Source of the DNA: Paraspadella gotoi
Lineage: Eukaryota; Animalia; Chaetognatha
DNA length: 64,000 nucleotides
Direction of reading: 5' to 3'
NCBI GenBank assembly: GCA_051294375.1
Contig: CM119264.1
Coordinates: 27,633,469 to 27,697,468 of the forward strand
Position numbers and translations under genes: made by a program. The notes under the pieces were generated by a model. It did no database searches and was not told the origin of the DNA. It saw only the letters and a program-made list of their open reading frames with translations. Of the stretch, positions 39,241 through 53,620 are shown piece after piece; position 1 is the first letter of the stretch; each line of letters opens with the position of its first letter.

Positions 39241-39299
39241 AGGAGGAGAGATAGAGAGAGAGAGAGAAAGAGATGAGAGGGAGAGAGAGAGAGAGAGGG

Positions 39300-39511
39300 A
39301 GATCTTCATGCTCCAATGGAGCACTGCCTCTTTGCTCCCTTTCCAATCCTTTTCTTACTCGTAAAAATTCTCTCTAAGGGCTTACCTTTTTTTTTAAACT
39401 CAGTAGACAAAAATGAAAATATCTTTAAAATTTCCTTTTCTTTCTCCAATACCGTTTTTTTTTTTTTGAGTGGGAGTGTTCTTGAGATGCCGTGTTGTCT
39501 GAACGACTGAT

Positions 39512-39553
<42 letters not shown>

Positions 39554-42500
39554 GGTGCGAAAAGAGAATGCGGGATCTCGAAACTCCATGCAGTCTGGAA
39601 GCTCTCAGTCCTCCTTTCTTCAATTACAGCCGCTCTCATACATTCATATTCTCTCCATAAAACATGTTAGGCTGTCAAATTGCGTCCATGTATTTTCGCT
39701 AGTGCGTCCACGTTTTTAATTGTTTATTTCTGTTAAATGTCCATTGAGATCATCTCCCATCGAGAGACTAACGTGACGTCAATCGAAGAACCAACATCGT
39801 AATGTACAAGTTTTCGACTCGCGCGTCTTTTCACTTTTATTCGATCTGCCGTAATAATGTTTATGTTGTACATTTTATTCGTTATTATCATTCATCTTTT
39901 ATTTGACATCCTTCGATGTGTGCTCATTTCTTGTCATGTAATCTGTCAAAATTTTCATACTACTTTGCCGATATGGTGACATAACTAGCGCAAGACTGGA
40001 AAACTATCCTCTTTGGTCCTCTTCGTCATCCATCTTCGTCATGTCTCGTCATCGATCTTCGTGTTTTCGTTCTTCCCTCTTTCGTATCGTCTCGCTCATC
40101 GTTACGTTAGATCCATTCCGTCTCTCATTCGTGGTCTGTCCTTTTTCGTCTATGCGTCTTCGTCAACGTCTTCATCATCGTCAATCGTCGTTATCGTCTT
40201 CCTTTTCGTCTTCGTCATCGCTCATCATCCGTCATCGTCGTTTCGGTTCTTTCCTTTCGTCCTCGATCTTTCGTCATCGTCTTATCATCTCCATCGTCGT
40301 TTTGTCTTCCTTTTCGTCTTCTCATCGTTCGTTCATCATTGAGTCATCGATCGTATTTCGTCTCCTTTTCGTCATTCGTTCTTCGTCAACGTCTGTCATC
40401 AGTCGGTCCTCTCTGGTTTTCGTTTCCTTTTCGTCTTCGTCATCGTCTTTCGATCATCGTCATCGTCGATTTTCGTCTTTCCTTTTTCGTCATTCGTCTT
40501 CGTTCACCAATCTCTCATTTTTTTTTCTTCTCCATCGTTCATCGGGTCTTTCGTCTTCCTTTTCGTATTGTCATCGTTCTTCTATCATCGCGTCATACGT
40601 CGTTTCCTCTTCCTTTTTTGTTCGTATCTCTTCGTCAAGCGTCTTAAATCGAATCGTCATATTCCGTGTTCGTGCACTTCTTTCGTCATTCTGTCTCGTC
40701 TTGCGTTCTCTATCTACTCTTCGTGATCGTTCGTTTCTGTCTCCCTTTACGTCGTTTGTCGATCTCTAATGTTATTCCAGATCCTCGCATCTCGTTATCT
40801 TCCTTTTCGTCATCGTCTGCTTCATCGTCCTTCGTCATCGCTTCATCAATCGTCGATGTCGATATTTCGTCTTCTCTTTTCATCTCGTGCTTCGCATCGT
40901 CTTCGTCATCGTCTCTCGTCATTTTGCGTCTTCCTTTTCGTCATCGTCTTCGTCAACGGTCTTTCATCATCGTCAGTTCGTCTAGTTTTCGTCTATACTC
41001 TTTTTAGCGTGTCTTTCGTCATGTCTTCATCATTCGTCATCTCGTTATTCTCCCTTGTTCAGTCTTCGTCGATGTTTCAATCCATCGTCAATCGTTCGTT
41101 GTCGTACTCTTATTCGTCTCTGTTCATCTCTTATCGCATCTCATCGTCGTTTTCGTCTTGTCCTTTTTCCGTCACCAGTCAGTTCCGTTCTATCGTTACT
41201 TCAGTGATGCATCTGTCTCCGATTATTTCTGTCCTTCCTTGTTTGTCGACTCTCGTTAAAATCTAATTACTATCTCGTCTGTCATCGTCGTTTTCGTTCT
41301 TCCTTCTTCCGCAGTCAGTCTTATGCGTCATCGTCTCGTCCAAATTCGGTCTCGTCGTTTTGTCGTCCTACCTTTTTCAGTCATCGTCTTTCGTCACTTC
41401 CATCGTCGCTTTCGTTCCTCTTTCGTCATCGTCATTCATCATTCGTTTTCGTCGTTTTCGTCTTCCTTTCGTCACGCTTTCGTTCATTCATCGGTCATTC
41501 GTCCGCTTTCGTTTCCTTTTTCGTTCATACGTCTTCGCTCACGTCTTCGATCAGCTCCGTCATTCATCGTGTTTCTGTCTTTCCTCTGTTCTGTCATCGT
41601 CTCATCATCGTCATCACTCGTTCTGTCGTCTTTCCCTTTGTTCGTCATCGTCTTCGTCATCGTCATCGTATCTAATCCGTCTCGTCGATTTCATTGTGCT
41701 GTCCCTTTTCGTTCATTCGTCTGCATCATCATCCCATGTCATCTCGTTTTCGTCATTCCTTTTCGTCATCGTCTTCGCTCATCGCCCCATCTTCGTCAAT
41801 CGTCTTCGTTCGTTTTCGTCTTCTTCCTTCTTCATCGTCTTCATCATCGTCATCGTCGTTATCGTCTTCCTATTCGTCATCCGTTCTCGTCATCGTCTTC
41901 GTCCGTTCATCTGCGTTTCGTTCTCTCTGCTGTTCGGTCTATCGTCCTTCGTCATCGTCTTCGTTCATCGGTCATCGTCGTTTTCGTCTTCCTTTTTCGT
42001 CCATCGTCTGTCAGTCACTTCGTTACGTCTTCGACTTTTGTTTCGTCCATCTGCTTCGTGCCGGGATGTACCGTTTCCAAGGTCCCTTTTGTTTATTTTC
42101 TCATATTTTGTTTGTTTTGCCTCTGCTTAGTGATGACGATAGATGGCGTCGCATCTTTTGCTCGAACGCTCGTCGTCGCTTCTCATGATTCGCGCAGTTC
42201 TTATCCCGCACCGATTGCCAGTTTTTCGACTCCGATTTTGTTTAAAAAAAAATTTGCGACAGATGTCGGATCTGTCATTATCTCTCGCCGACTCCGGCAA
42301 GTTTTTGGCCCCATTCTGCTTTTGTCACCGCTCAACCTCGTATTCTCGTTCGAGACAACGTCCGACGTCAACCACGTCTCCATTTTTTTCCCACCTTTCA
42401 TACTTAAAACTTTATAAGCATTGTGCTACTCGATAGATATTGACCACTTCACCAATTGTACTTTATTTCATCTTCTCCACAAGAAGATTCTAGCCTTGCT

Positions 42501-43130
42501 CCTCTCCCTCTCCCATTACCCCGCACCCAAATATTCCACTCCAACCCCAGCCACCTCTTCCACCACCAAGGCCCATGTTCCACTTTCGTCCTAACCAGAT
42601 AACGAGGGCAAGGACGAAGCGAATCCCGTCATTCGCCTCCGCGATTTTCCCCAAACAACTCCACTGCGCCCTCTGCTCGTCGAACTCGAGCGAAAAAAAA
42701 CGGCGAAGAAACAAAACGCATCAAAACAGTCGGGGGATAACGGAAAGTTGCGTTTACGAAAGAAAAACTTTGCTTCCCAAGAGGAAAAAAGAAAAGCGTG
42801 GGATGCTTTTTTTTTTTTCTTTTTTTTTGCGATGTAAAGAAGTGGTGTTTACACTGTTGCCCTCAACGTTACCTCGTGATTTCCCTAATTCATAGGTATA
42901 CTCAGCACAGTAGATAATCATAAGTAGTTATTGGATGAACGGAAAGTAGGATATTGTAACCGATGGTCCGAAAACATATTGAAAACACGTATAATGTAAC
43001 AAAATCCTAACCAACAACAAGACCAGACACAAAAGCAACCAAATTTCTATGCGAAAACGAGACCAAATAGGAAACCAGACCAAACCATCATGTCCTTCCG
43101 GATCTTTCTCATCAAGAATTTATTCCGATT
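39300..43130 (-). repeat. Noisy inverted copy of ~44293-46170; further direct copies at ~48850-50370 and ~62880-64000
   Basis: For example CATCAAAACAGTCGGGGGATAACGGAA (~42720) is the reverse complement of TTCCGTTATCCCCCGACTGTTTTGATG (~44671); GAGATCTTCATGCTCCAATGGAGC (~39300) mirrors ~46135-46160. Confidence 0.9.
40013..42030. repeat. ~2-kb degenerate (TCG/TCA/TCT)n trinucleotide array
   Basis: Recurrent CGTCATCGTCTTC and TTTCGTCTTCCTTTTCGTC units; source of the many S/R/F/V-rich ORFs. Confidence 0.9.
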
Positions 43131-45854
43131 AAAAGATGATAAAAAAGAAAAAAGAAAAAAAGTAGAAATCAAGGAAGAAATGAAAAGAGAGAGAAACAGA
43201 AAAGAGGAAAGAGACAATTAAAAATTTAAAGGAACAAAAAGAGAAGAGGAAGGAAGGAATAAGAGAGAAGAGAAATTTGAGAAGAAAAACAAAAAAGGAG
43301 AGAAGGAGAAAAGAAAATAATAACAACAAAAAAGAGAGAGAGTAAAGAACAGAATTTAAGAGAGACAAAAAGAAGAGAGAAGTAACATAAATTTAAAGAA
43401 ACGAAAGAAGGAAAGAGAGAAAGAACAGAATTTAAAGAGAACAAAAAGATAGTAGAGAGAAAGATGGAACACTTTAATTATAGAGAACTATTAATATAAC
43501 TCAGGAGATAGGATAGCAACAGTATACGGACAAGCACGGGAAAAAAAGGAAGATTGATAGACTGAATATTACAAATGGTATAAAGATAGCAAGAAGAAAA
43601 AGAGATAGTGATATTACATGAACAGGGCAGAAAGAGCAGAAGAGTGATATGAGAACCCGGACATTCTTCGGAAACCAGAATATAGGACGATAAGTCAAAG
43701 AAGCAAAATATATAACATTGAGAAAGATTTTCTTCGGTGTCTGCAAAAGTTATGGCATGTAAGCAACTAGAAGGACAAGTCCAACTAGATCGAATGGGTA
43801 AGGGATTCGGAAGTGGTATTGGTATGTAGCAGGTTTTATAGAACTTGGGAGTCAGACCGCGGAGCAGGACTAGACATAACGCGACCAGAAACGGAGTTTA
43901 TATCCGAGCCGTGAACAGTAGTTCCGGACCGATAAATGGACTGCTGTCTGACGATTGGAGCCGACTTATGAAGTCAATATAGAGTTGTTTGGCGCATACT
44001 CGCGCCGCAAGCGTGAGAGTAAAGGGAGAACTAGTACAGCGCATGAGGAAACTCTTGTTGAAAAAGGACGCGGAACGAGGAATGACAGAGAGACTTTCCA
44101 AAAGGCCGAAGCTTCATTCCAATGAAAGCCATTCAATGGGTTATAATTTACGGTATGGCAAATATTTCCGACCCGGGTTCCCTTCCGCGGACGAGAAGAT
44201 GATGAGCGTACGAGAGAGATGATGCAATCTCTCGAGATGCAAGAGAAGAGAAATCTTCTCTATTCTGNNNNNNNNNNNNNNNNNNNNNNNNNTTTTTTTT
44301 TTATAATCTCTAATCGGAAAAATCGAATAGAATCGGAAGACAGATGGTTGGTTGGTCTATTGGTTCGTTTGATAGAATATTGGTTGTTTGGTTGGTTGGT
44401 TGTTTGGTAGGTTGGACATAAACTTTTTCCAAATGTTGGAATGTAAACAAACTTATTTCGTTCGTGTTTAATCAATAAAACTTTACTTATGATTATTACT
44501 TTGTATTACTATCATTCACAGGTAGTTGAGGCAACTTTAAAGCAACCAACTTTAACATTGCTTTTTTTTCCTCTTGGAGCCAAAGTTTTCTCTTCGTACG
44601 CAACTTCCGTTATCCCCCGACTGTNNNNNNNNNNNNNNNNNNNNNNNNNNNNNNNNNNNNNNNNNNNNACTTCCGTTATCCCCCGACTGTTTTGATGTCG
44701 TTTTGTTTCTTCGCCGTTTTTTTTTCGCTTCGAGTTCGACGACCAGAGGGCGCAGTGAGTTGTTTGGGGAAAATCGCGGAGGCGAATGACGGGATTCGCT
44801 TCGGTCCTTGGCCCNNNNNNNNNNNNNNNNNNNNNNNNNNNNNNNNNNNNNNNNNNNNNNNNNNNNNNNNNNNNNNNNNNNNNNNNNNNNNNNNNNNNNN
44901 NNNNNNNNNNNNNNNAGGCGAATGGCGGGATTCGCTTCGGTCCTTGGCCCTCGGTTATCTGGTTAGACGAAAGTGGAGATGGGCCTTGGTGGTGGAAGAG
45001 GGTGGTGGGGTTGGAGTGGAATATTTGGGTGCGGGGTAGTGGAGCAAAGAGGAAGAGGAGCAGTAGAATCTCTTGGTGAGAGAAATGAAAAAAGTACAAT
45101 TGGTANNNNNNNNNNNNNNNNNNNNNNNNNNNNNNNNNNNNNNNNNNNNNNNGAAAAAATGGAGACGTGTTGCGTTGGCGTCGGACGTTGTCCTCGAACG
45201 AGAATACGGTTGGCGGTGACAAAAGCAGATGGGGACAAATGCCGGAAGTCGGCGAGAGATAATGACAGATGCCGACATCTGTCGGCAAACCTTTTTTTAA
45301 ACAAAATGGAGTCAGAAACTGATCGGCGGATAAAATGGCGTCTTGAAAGGAGACGAGCGTCGAGCAAAAGATGCGACGCCATCTTCGTCATAAAAGGAAA
45401 ACAAACAAATGAGAAAAAAACAAAAGGGACTTGGAAACGTAATCCCGCGATGCCAGTGACGAAAACAAATGAAGACGTAGACGATGATGAAGACGATGAT
45501 GAAGACGATGACGAAGATGATGACGAAGAGGACGACAAAGAAGAATGTTTTCAGTCTTGTCTTTCACAATTCGCAAAGTAGTAGGAAAAAAGTTTTACAA
45601 TTACAATGACAAAAATACAATCGAAGGATGCAATAAAAATAAAAATGTACAATACATTATACATAATAAAAGTGAAAAGACGCGAGTGAAACTTTATTTA
45701 TTTGTGTCTTCGTTTACGTCGTTTAGTCTCATCATCTCCATGGAAACAGAAAAAAAAAATTAAAAAGTGAACAAAAAAAATGTTGTTTATGGAATTGAAG
45801 TGGCGCCTTGAAGAAGGAGGCTGGATTCCTTTTTTATCCATTCTCTTTTGCACC

Positions 45855-45896
<42 letters not shown>

Positions 45897-48800
45897 GAGG
45901 ACGAGAGAGAGAGGAGATGAGAGAGATCAGTCGTCAGACAACACGGCATTCTAAGAAAACACTCCCGCTCAAAAAAAAAAAAAAGGTATTGGGAGAGAAG
46001 AAAAGGAAATTCTTTAAATGATATTTTTTCATTTTGTGTCTCACGCCTGAGTTTAAAAAGTAAGTAAGCGGAAGCCTACGGAGGAGGTTTTAACGAGTTT
46101 AAGGAAAAGGCATTGGAAAAGAGCAAAGACGACAGATGCTCACTGGACGTGCAGAGATCTCTCTCTCTCTTCTCTGCTCTCTCTCTCTCGTCTCCCTCTC
46201 TCTTCTCTCTCCTCTCTCTCTCCTCTCTCTCTCTCTCTCTCACCCTTCAAATTCACAGATTGAAAATAATCGTTTACAAATTGTGTTTTGATGATGAAAA
46301 AAAAAAACAGAGAAAATGATCTTATCATCAACAACTCCACTTTACCAACAACATTACGCGGCGCCTGATCTGATAGACCTACTCAGAAACCGCAACCTAT
46401 GACAGCCCACAAACAAATCAACAACAATACTACCACCAACATCCAGCGAAACTCAATCCACATTACTTCAGGTTTTTTTTGCTTAAGCTTGCCTACCAGT
46501 ATCCGGTGTAATTAAAAAACAACTCCGTTTGAGAAAGTCAGAAGGCAATTTCGTTACCTCAAGGACTGCTCGTTGGTAACGAGGATAACAGTTGTAGACC
46601 TCTTTTTCCTCGGATTACAACTGTCTCTTTTCATCTGTCTCCCCATGCGACGCCCATATAATTTCGAGGTTTTACTGCTCGCGTTATTGCCTGTATCCCT
46701 CTGTTCTCTCTTCCTCTATCGCTCGGACTCCAGCATCTCGACCCATGATAACCCATCTCACCGACCTCTCCACACGACCTCACCAGCTACCTCCTGACAC
46801 CATACCGCCCTTCATTCACTCCTCATCCATCTCTCCCCTCTACTCACCTCTACCTCTCTCCTCCTCTCGCTCCTTCGTTCTCCCTCTATCCCCCGAATCT
46901 TCCAGCCCGTATAAGACCGATTAAACACCATCCCCGACGCCAGACAATTAACGAGAACGCCAGGCAAGCATTCTAAAACACCAACAATCCGTGCACACAA
47001 TAGATCACTGAGAGGCAGAGACGGGTCTCTCCTACAGCCCTAGAGCCTTGATCGAGAACGAGAGATGAGAGAGAGAGACCGGAGAAAAGAGAAGCAGCAC
47101 GCCTGTCCCACCGCACCAAAGCCTCCGCATACACAAACACACACTTACCCACAAGGCGCCCACTGACCCTCACAATCGATCACCCCAACGTCGTCCTGCA
47201 CAAGAGAACGACGAACCGACACTCAGACCGAGACGACGCCCTAACGACCTGACCTAACCCCGCAAAAGGATGAGACCGTGAGAATACCCACACGACGCAC
47301 TGACTTGACCGCAAACTCAGATACGAGGAGAGAGGAGGAGAGAGCGTATGAGATGAGAGCAGAGACAACAGAAGAGAGATGAGATGTCGAGATGGAGATG
47401 AGAGAGAGAGAGACTGAGACCGGCATTCAACCGGGATAAGTTTCTTTTTTTAAAAAAGAAAACAAAAAACAATGAGAAAAAAATCCTTTTTCCTCTAAAC
47501 CCGTTGCCATAGATACTACACTGAGTTCGTCCGCCGGAGCCAAATCTGTTTTGGACGCGGTGAGAACTCGGTGAGCGGGGTAGGAAAAGGAGTGGGAAGG
47601 AAAAAAAGGTAAGTAGATGGCGGGGCCGAACCACGATACAATCTTTTCGCGATCCGTCGCGTAATTTTGGTGATAAAATTGCGAACCAGAAATTGGTTGA
47701 GAGAAATTAAGGGGGATCTGGAGCGTGGGGTTTCTTGGTGTGGTGAGGTAAGGTAAGTTGAAGGTCTGTGAATGGCGTCGGTCCGGGTTTTGGATAAGAG
47801 GAATAATAATTCTGGCTAAAACCCGTAAACTTGTCTTTGTGACGGATTGATCGTTTGAACGTAACAAGTTAAGTTTTGGTGAGGCTAAACGGAAGAGAAT
47901 GATGATAATCCCTTTTGATCCAGTTTTGAGATCAAGATCGTGAGGGAGGAGCGGGTGTCATAAGAAGATTCGCCTTGAAGTATCACAGTATTAAAATACA
48001 AAACCATGAATCAATTCCGTGAAATATATCATAAATTTTTAACCGTGACTGATGATTTACTGAATAAAGAAAAAAAAAAGGTGTGCTGCTAAAGGTAATT
48101 CGCCTCCGACAACGGTAGATAACTCCTCTCTCACTTGGCCTCCACACGCAGATACCTCCCCGGTCTCCCACACGCGTGAGTTTCCACGCGGGATTCTCCA
48201 ATCGCGTTCTCACTCCACACGCGGTTCCTTCCCACACGGATCCTCCCACGCAGGATTCTCCCACACGGGATTCTCCCACACGGCATTCTCTCCTAATAAC
48301 AATTGATCTAACTTCCTCGCCAGCCACCAACCTAACCACGCACTCGATACACCGTACCGACCTTGATCTACCCTTCACAGGTGTGTGCCATGTCCTATCT
48401 CTCTCCTCTCCATCCCACTTCTCATTCTACCCATCACNNNNNNNNNNNNNNNNNNNNNNNNNGAGAGGTTTTAACGAGTTAAGAAAAGGATTGGAAAAGA
48501 GCAAAGAGACAGATGCTCCACTTGGAGGCAGAAGATCTCTCTCTCTCTCTCTCTCTATATGAATGATTTTAATAGTCTAACCGTGATAGTATTATGTTAG
48601 TGTTTAGTTCTAGAAATATTATTATTTTTTGTCTTTTCTGTTTTTTCTTTTTGGTTTATTTATTCTTTCTTATTTTTTTTGGCCTCTTTCATTTGTCTTT
48701 TCTCTTTTTTGTTTTTATTCTGGTTTTTTTCTCTTTTTGGTTCTTCTTCTGGTTCTTTTCTTCTTTTTTGTTCTTTATTAATGTTCTTTCTTCCTTTTTG

Positions 48801-50843
48801 GTTTTTTTCTGGTTTTCTTTCTCTTTTTTTCTGGAGTTTTTTTTTTTCATTTTTTTTATCTTATCGGATCGATGTGGCCGCAGTGTTGGTTGGTCTTTGT
48901 TCGTTTGCTGTATTGGTTGTTTTGGGTTGGTTGGTTGTTTCTGGTAGTTGGCTCTTTTTCTGTTGGCCATGTAACTTTTCGTTCGTGTTATTATCTTTAT
49001 TTGTTATTATATTTGTTTACTGTATTCAGGTAGTTGAGGCTTTGCCCCCAGCTTTTTGCTTTTTAAATTTTTTCGTGAGCATTGTTATCGCGTACTGGTA
49101 TTGATGTGGTTTGTTGGTTTTTTTTGGTTTTCTCTTCGTAGTGTTATCAGCTGTTTTTGATGTCGTTTTGTTTTCTTGCCGTTTTTATTTTCGGCTTCGA
49201 AGTTCGACGACGGGGGCTGTGAGTTGTTTGGGGTCGGGAGGCGCTGGCGGGCATTCGCTTCCGTCTTGGCTCGTTAATCTGGTAGACGGGTGGAGATGGC
49301 TTGGTGGTGAGACGCAGTGGTGGGGTTGGAGTGGATTTTGGGTGCGGGTAAGTGAGCGCGGGAAGCAGTAGCTTCTTGGGGACAATGAGGTAATGATCAT
49401 TATCGAGTGATGTTTACGTTTTTAGTTGAGGTTGGGAATGGAGATGTTGGTTGGGCGTCCGGGTTGTTTCTGCCGAGCTCGGTGGGGTGCGAGATGGGAC
49501 ATGGCCAGAGTTCCGGCCGTGGGATTGACAGATCGTCTGTCGGCATTTTTTTCACTGGAGTAGACTGATCGGCGGCTATGGGTCTTGGGAGCACGGCGTC
49601 GAGAGCTGCGAGATCTTCCATACGGAATGCGAGGGCTTGGACGTATCGGTGAGTCGAACTGGGACGTGAGGATGATGATGAAGATGTGGAGTGCAGATGA
49701 TGAGGCGCAAGAGATTTTTCAGTCTTGGTCTTTCCTTCGCAGTAGTGGGTTTCCTTTGCCCATATGCGGATGCAATATAATGTATTCTTATATATACGTG
49801 AGACGCGAGTGCACTTTATTTATTTGTGTCCTTCGTTTACCGTCGTTTGTCTCCATCACTCATGGCAGACATTGTGGCATGTTGATTTAAATGGAATTGA
49901 ATGGCGCTTGAGAGGAGGTGGATTTTTTTTTTTCTTTTGCACTGGTGAGAGGAGGGAGAGAGGGAGAGCAGGGAGGGAGCGAGGAGAGAGAGAGAGGAGG
50001 AGAGGCGAGACGAGGAGACGAGGAGAGAGAGACGCAGTCGTCACACCGGCATTTAGCACTCGCTCAGGTATTAGGAGAGATAATTTCGATATTTTCATTT
50101 TTTTGTTTGAGTTAAGGGAATGCTACCGAGAGGTTTTTACGAGTTCAAGAAAATGGAATTGAAAAAAGAGAAAGACGACTAGATGCTACCTTGGAGGCCA
50201 GAAGATCTTCTCTCTCTTCTCTCTCTTCCATCTCTCTTCCTCCCTCCTCTCCTCTCTCTCTCTCTCGTCTCTTCATCCAACTCTGCTCCGTCTCTCGTCT
50301 CTCCATCTCTCAAACCCTTTCAAATTCAAGATTGAACATAATCGGTGTACAAAATTGTGTTTTTGGATGATGNNNNNNNNNNNNNNNNNNNNNNNNNAAA
50401 AAAAAAAACAGAGAAAAGATTTCAAACATTTCAAACGCCTATAGTATCGAGATAGACAGCAAAAATAACAACAATAACAACCAGATTATTACTGGCTTTA
50501 TTTTAACTTCCTACCAGTATGTAATTAAAAACAACGTGAAAAGTCAAAGGCAATTTGTCCTCAAGGATGTAACTGGATAACAGTGAGACCTCTTTTCCTC
50601 GATTACAACTGTCTCTTTTCATCTGTCTCCCATGACGCAATATTCGGGTTTTACTGTCGCGTTATGCCTGTATTCTTTCTCTCTCTCTCTCTCTCTGATC
50701 TATCTTCTCTCTCTCTCCTCTCGTCTCTCTCTTCTTCTCTCTCTCTCTCCTCTCCCCCTCAGCGTAAAGACGTAAAAAACCGAGAGCAATTAAAAGCAGC
50801 AGTAAAACCAAAATGAAATGAAAATGAGAGGCGAGAGTGGTTT

Positions 50844-50908
<65 letters not shown>

Positions 50909-51859
50909 AGAACAGGAGAGAGAGAGAGAGAGAATCGGAGAGAGAGAGCAGGAGAAGGAAGATGAAGGAAGAGAGAGGGAGAGAGAGAGGAGAGAGAAAG
51001 TAATGTAGAGAAGAAAAGTGATGAATAAAGAGTAGAGGTGGAGAAAGAAGGAGAAAGATTGTATGTAGAGAGAAGACTGGAAGGATGTTATTATAAACAC
51101 GAGAAGAAGAGCAATATATCAGGATGTCATATATACTTTTATCACTATTAAAGGAACTGTATATGAAACAATAGAAAAAAATCCTTATTTCGCAATCTTA
51201 AAAAGTCCACGTAGAATGGACCTACGAAGATAAACTGATATATTCCATAGGAGTTCGTGCTGGAGCTACGCAATCTGTTTTATTGGGACCGGGTGAGACT
51301 CGGTGGGGGTATTAAACGGAGAAGTAGGTTGGGAGGGAGTTAGTTGATTGGCGGGGCCTACGCCGAATTATAGCGCGATCTCGTGCGCGATATTGGTTTT
51401 ACAATTTTGGAGACTCCAGTATCATGAGTTGAGCGATATTGGTTTTTTAAACAGTGGGGAATCTAGGAGCGTGGTTTTTGGTTGTTGGTTGAAGATAAGG
51501 TAGTTAGGTTACACAGTATGAATTGGCGTCCTTACCGGGTTGTGGAATGCAGATATATGTGGCTAACCCGTACTTGTTTTTTTGGTGGGGATTGAATCGT
51601 TATTTCGGCAAAGTGAAGGTAAAAGTTTCGGTGAGGCTACTGAAGATTGCCTTGAATGACTAATGGAATTACTTTTTAGGATCCGTTTTGGTGGGAGCCA
51701 AGATTGGTGAGGGAGGCGTGAGTCTGTTCAGAGATGCCTTGAAAATGTATCACAGTAAATTCAATACAAACATGAATTCAATTCTTGAAATATATATAAT
51801 TTTAAATCGTGTACTGATGATTACTGAAAAAAAGGAAAAAGAAGGGTGGAGTGTAATTC

Positions 51860-53620
51860 TCCACACCGGGATTACCTCCAACTGGCTTCCTGCACACTGT
51901 GGGAATTCCTCTCACACGCGAAGATTACCTACCCCCACACGGGGGATTCCTCCCAACGCGGGATTACTTCCGCACACGGATTCCTCCCCACAGAGTAAGA
52001 GAGAGAGGACACGGGGATTCTCCAAACGGGGAATTCCTCCCGCGGTCAGGATTCCTCGCCACAAGAAGATGGGGAAGAGAATGAGCGGGGATTCCTCCCC
52101 CAAGACGGGTCCTCCCCTTAATGATATGATGTAACGATTGTAGTTGTTGGCACATTGTTTCTTGGATCAAAGGGAAATAGAGAATATGGGAGGATTCATA
52201 TAGATAAATTTGTGTAGTGGGAGGAGGAAAGTTGGTGATGATAAGGCTGGAAAATATTTTTTGGAGTGGGTTAAAATCGTAAGGTTGGTGGAAGAGTTCA
52301 AAATTAGAGAAAGACCAAAAAAAAGAGCATAAAAGAATTTTTTGAATTTTTTAGAAAAAGTTTTCTCTGCTCTCTAAATTCTCATGCTGATTGGATATGG
52401 GAATTGGGATTGGGGATTGACACCAAAGATTAAGGCACAAATTGGGGACAAAAGTATATCCAGTTGGACCAAAGTTCTAGCAGGGTGTATAAAGCGCAAA
52501 TTATGCCAGTGTGAACAAATGATGCGTGTTGACCAAATTAATGCCGTTTACCGAAAATTTATGTCAAGTTTGGACTGCAAAAGTGAAGGAGGAGCAGTTG
52601 ACGACAAAGAATAGGAATGCAAGTATGATTAAATGATGCAAAAAGGTTGACCAAAAAAGTTAGGGTGCTTATTAATTACCAAACTTATTATCGGTAGGCA
52701 GGATCGACATTGGGGGTTTGGTCAGACTTGTTTTTTTTTATTGACGGGAGAAAGATCCCGCGGAGGGGAGAAATCCGTGTGTGAGAGGAGATCGGCGTGG
52801 GAGGAATCCCGTGTGGGAGGAATAACCAGGCAGTGGGGGGAAATCCGAGAGCGTGAGAGAAGGAATGCGATGATGGGGAGGAAACCCGCGTGGCGGTTTA
52901 GGAGAATCACACGAGAGAGGAAGGGATCCCGCGGTAGGGAGGAAAAGCCGGAATCCGATGGGGGAATCTGCTTTAGATTTGTTGGAGTAGTGAAAATCCC
53001 TGTGGGGAGAATCCCGCATGGGGGGAACGGAATCTCTCCGCGTCGGGAGGATAATACGGTGTGGGGGGATAAACACGACGGTAGGGAAAGGAATCCCGTG
53101 TGGGAGGAATCTCGCTTGGGGAGGAAATCCCCACGATTGCGTGGTGGAGGGATCCCGCGTTGGATACGGAATCACCCGCTCGGGGGCATCCCGCGTGAGG
53201 GAAGGAATTCCGTGTGGAGAAAATCTCATGCTGGGAGGAAGTATTGTGTGATGAGGAGGAATCCCGTGGTGGCGAGGAATGGCAGCATGGGGAGGAAATA
53301 CGAGTATAGAAAGGAGGCTATAGACAGCCGCGGGGAGGAAGTAGAATTTCATAATAGGAGGCGGCAAGTGAAATTTCTAAAGTGGGGAGAGAGGAATAAT
53401 GACATCGTGTAAGGTGGAGGAGATCCAGCGTGAGGAGAGTGATATCATTATTGGAAGGATCACCGTGATGGGGGCAAAAAGGATATCCTTAGTGGGCGAC
53501 AGTCACCCTGTGGGAGATTCATTGGACGGATCCTTGGAGGAAGGAATCTACCGTGTGGGAAGGACAAAGCCTGTGTGTTGGGACAGGACGCGGCGTGGCT
53601 CCCGCGTGGAGAAGAGACAT
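51860..53620. mobile_element. Foldback-like element: inverted arms made of ~16-bp tandem repeats (GGATTCCTCCCACACG / CGTGTGGGAGGAATCC) around a ~0.6-kb spacer
   Basis: C-rich array at ~51860-52100 and reverse-complement G-rich array at ~52745-53620; another copy of the C-rich arm at ~48130-48300. Confidence 0.45.

Noticed and set aside
40013-42417. Long overlapping ORFs of up to 364 aa
   Set aside because: All frames are open because of the TCN-type trinucleotide array.
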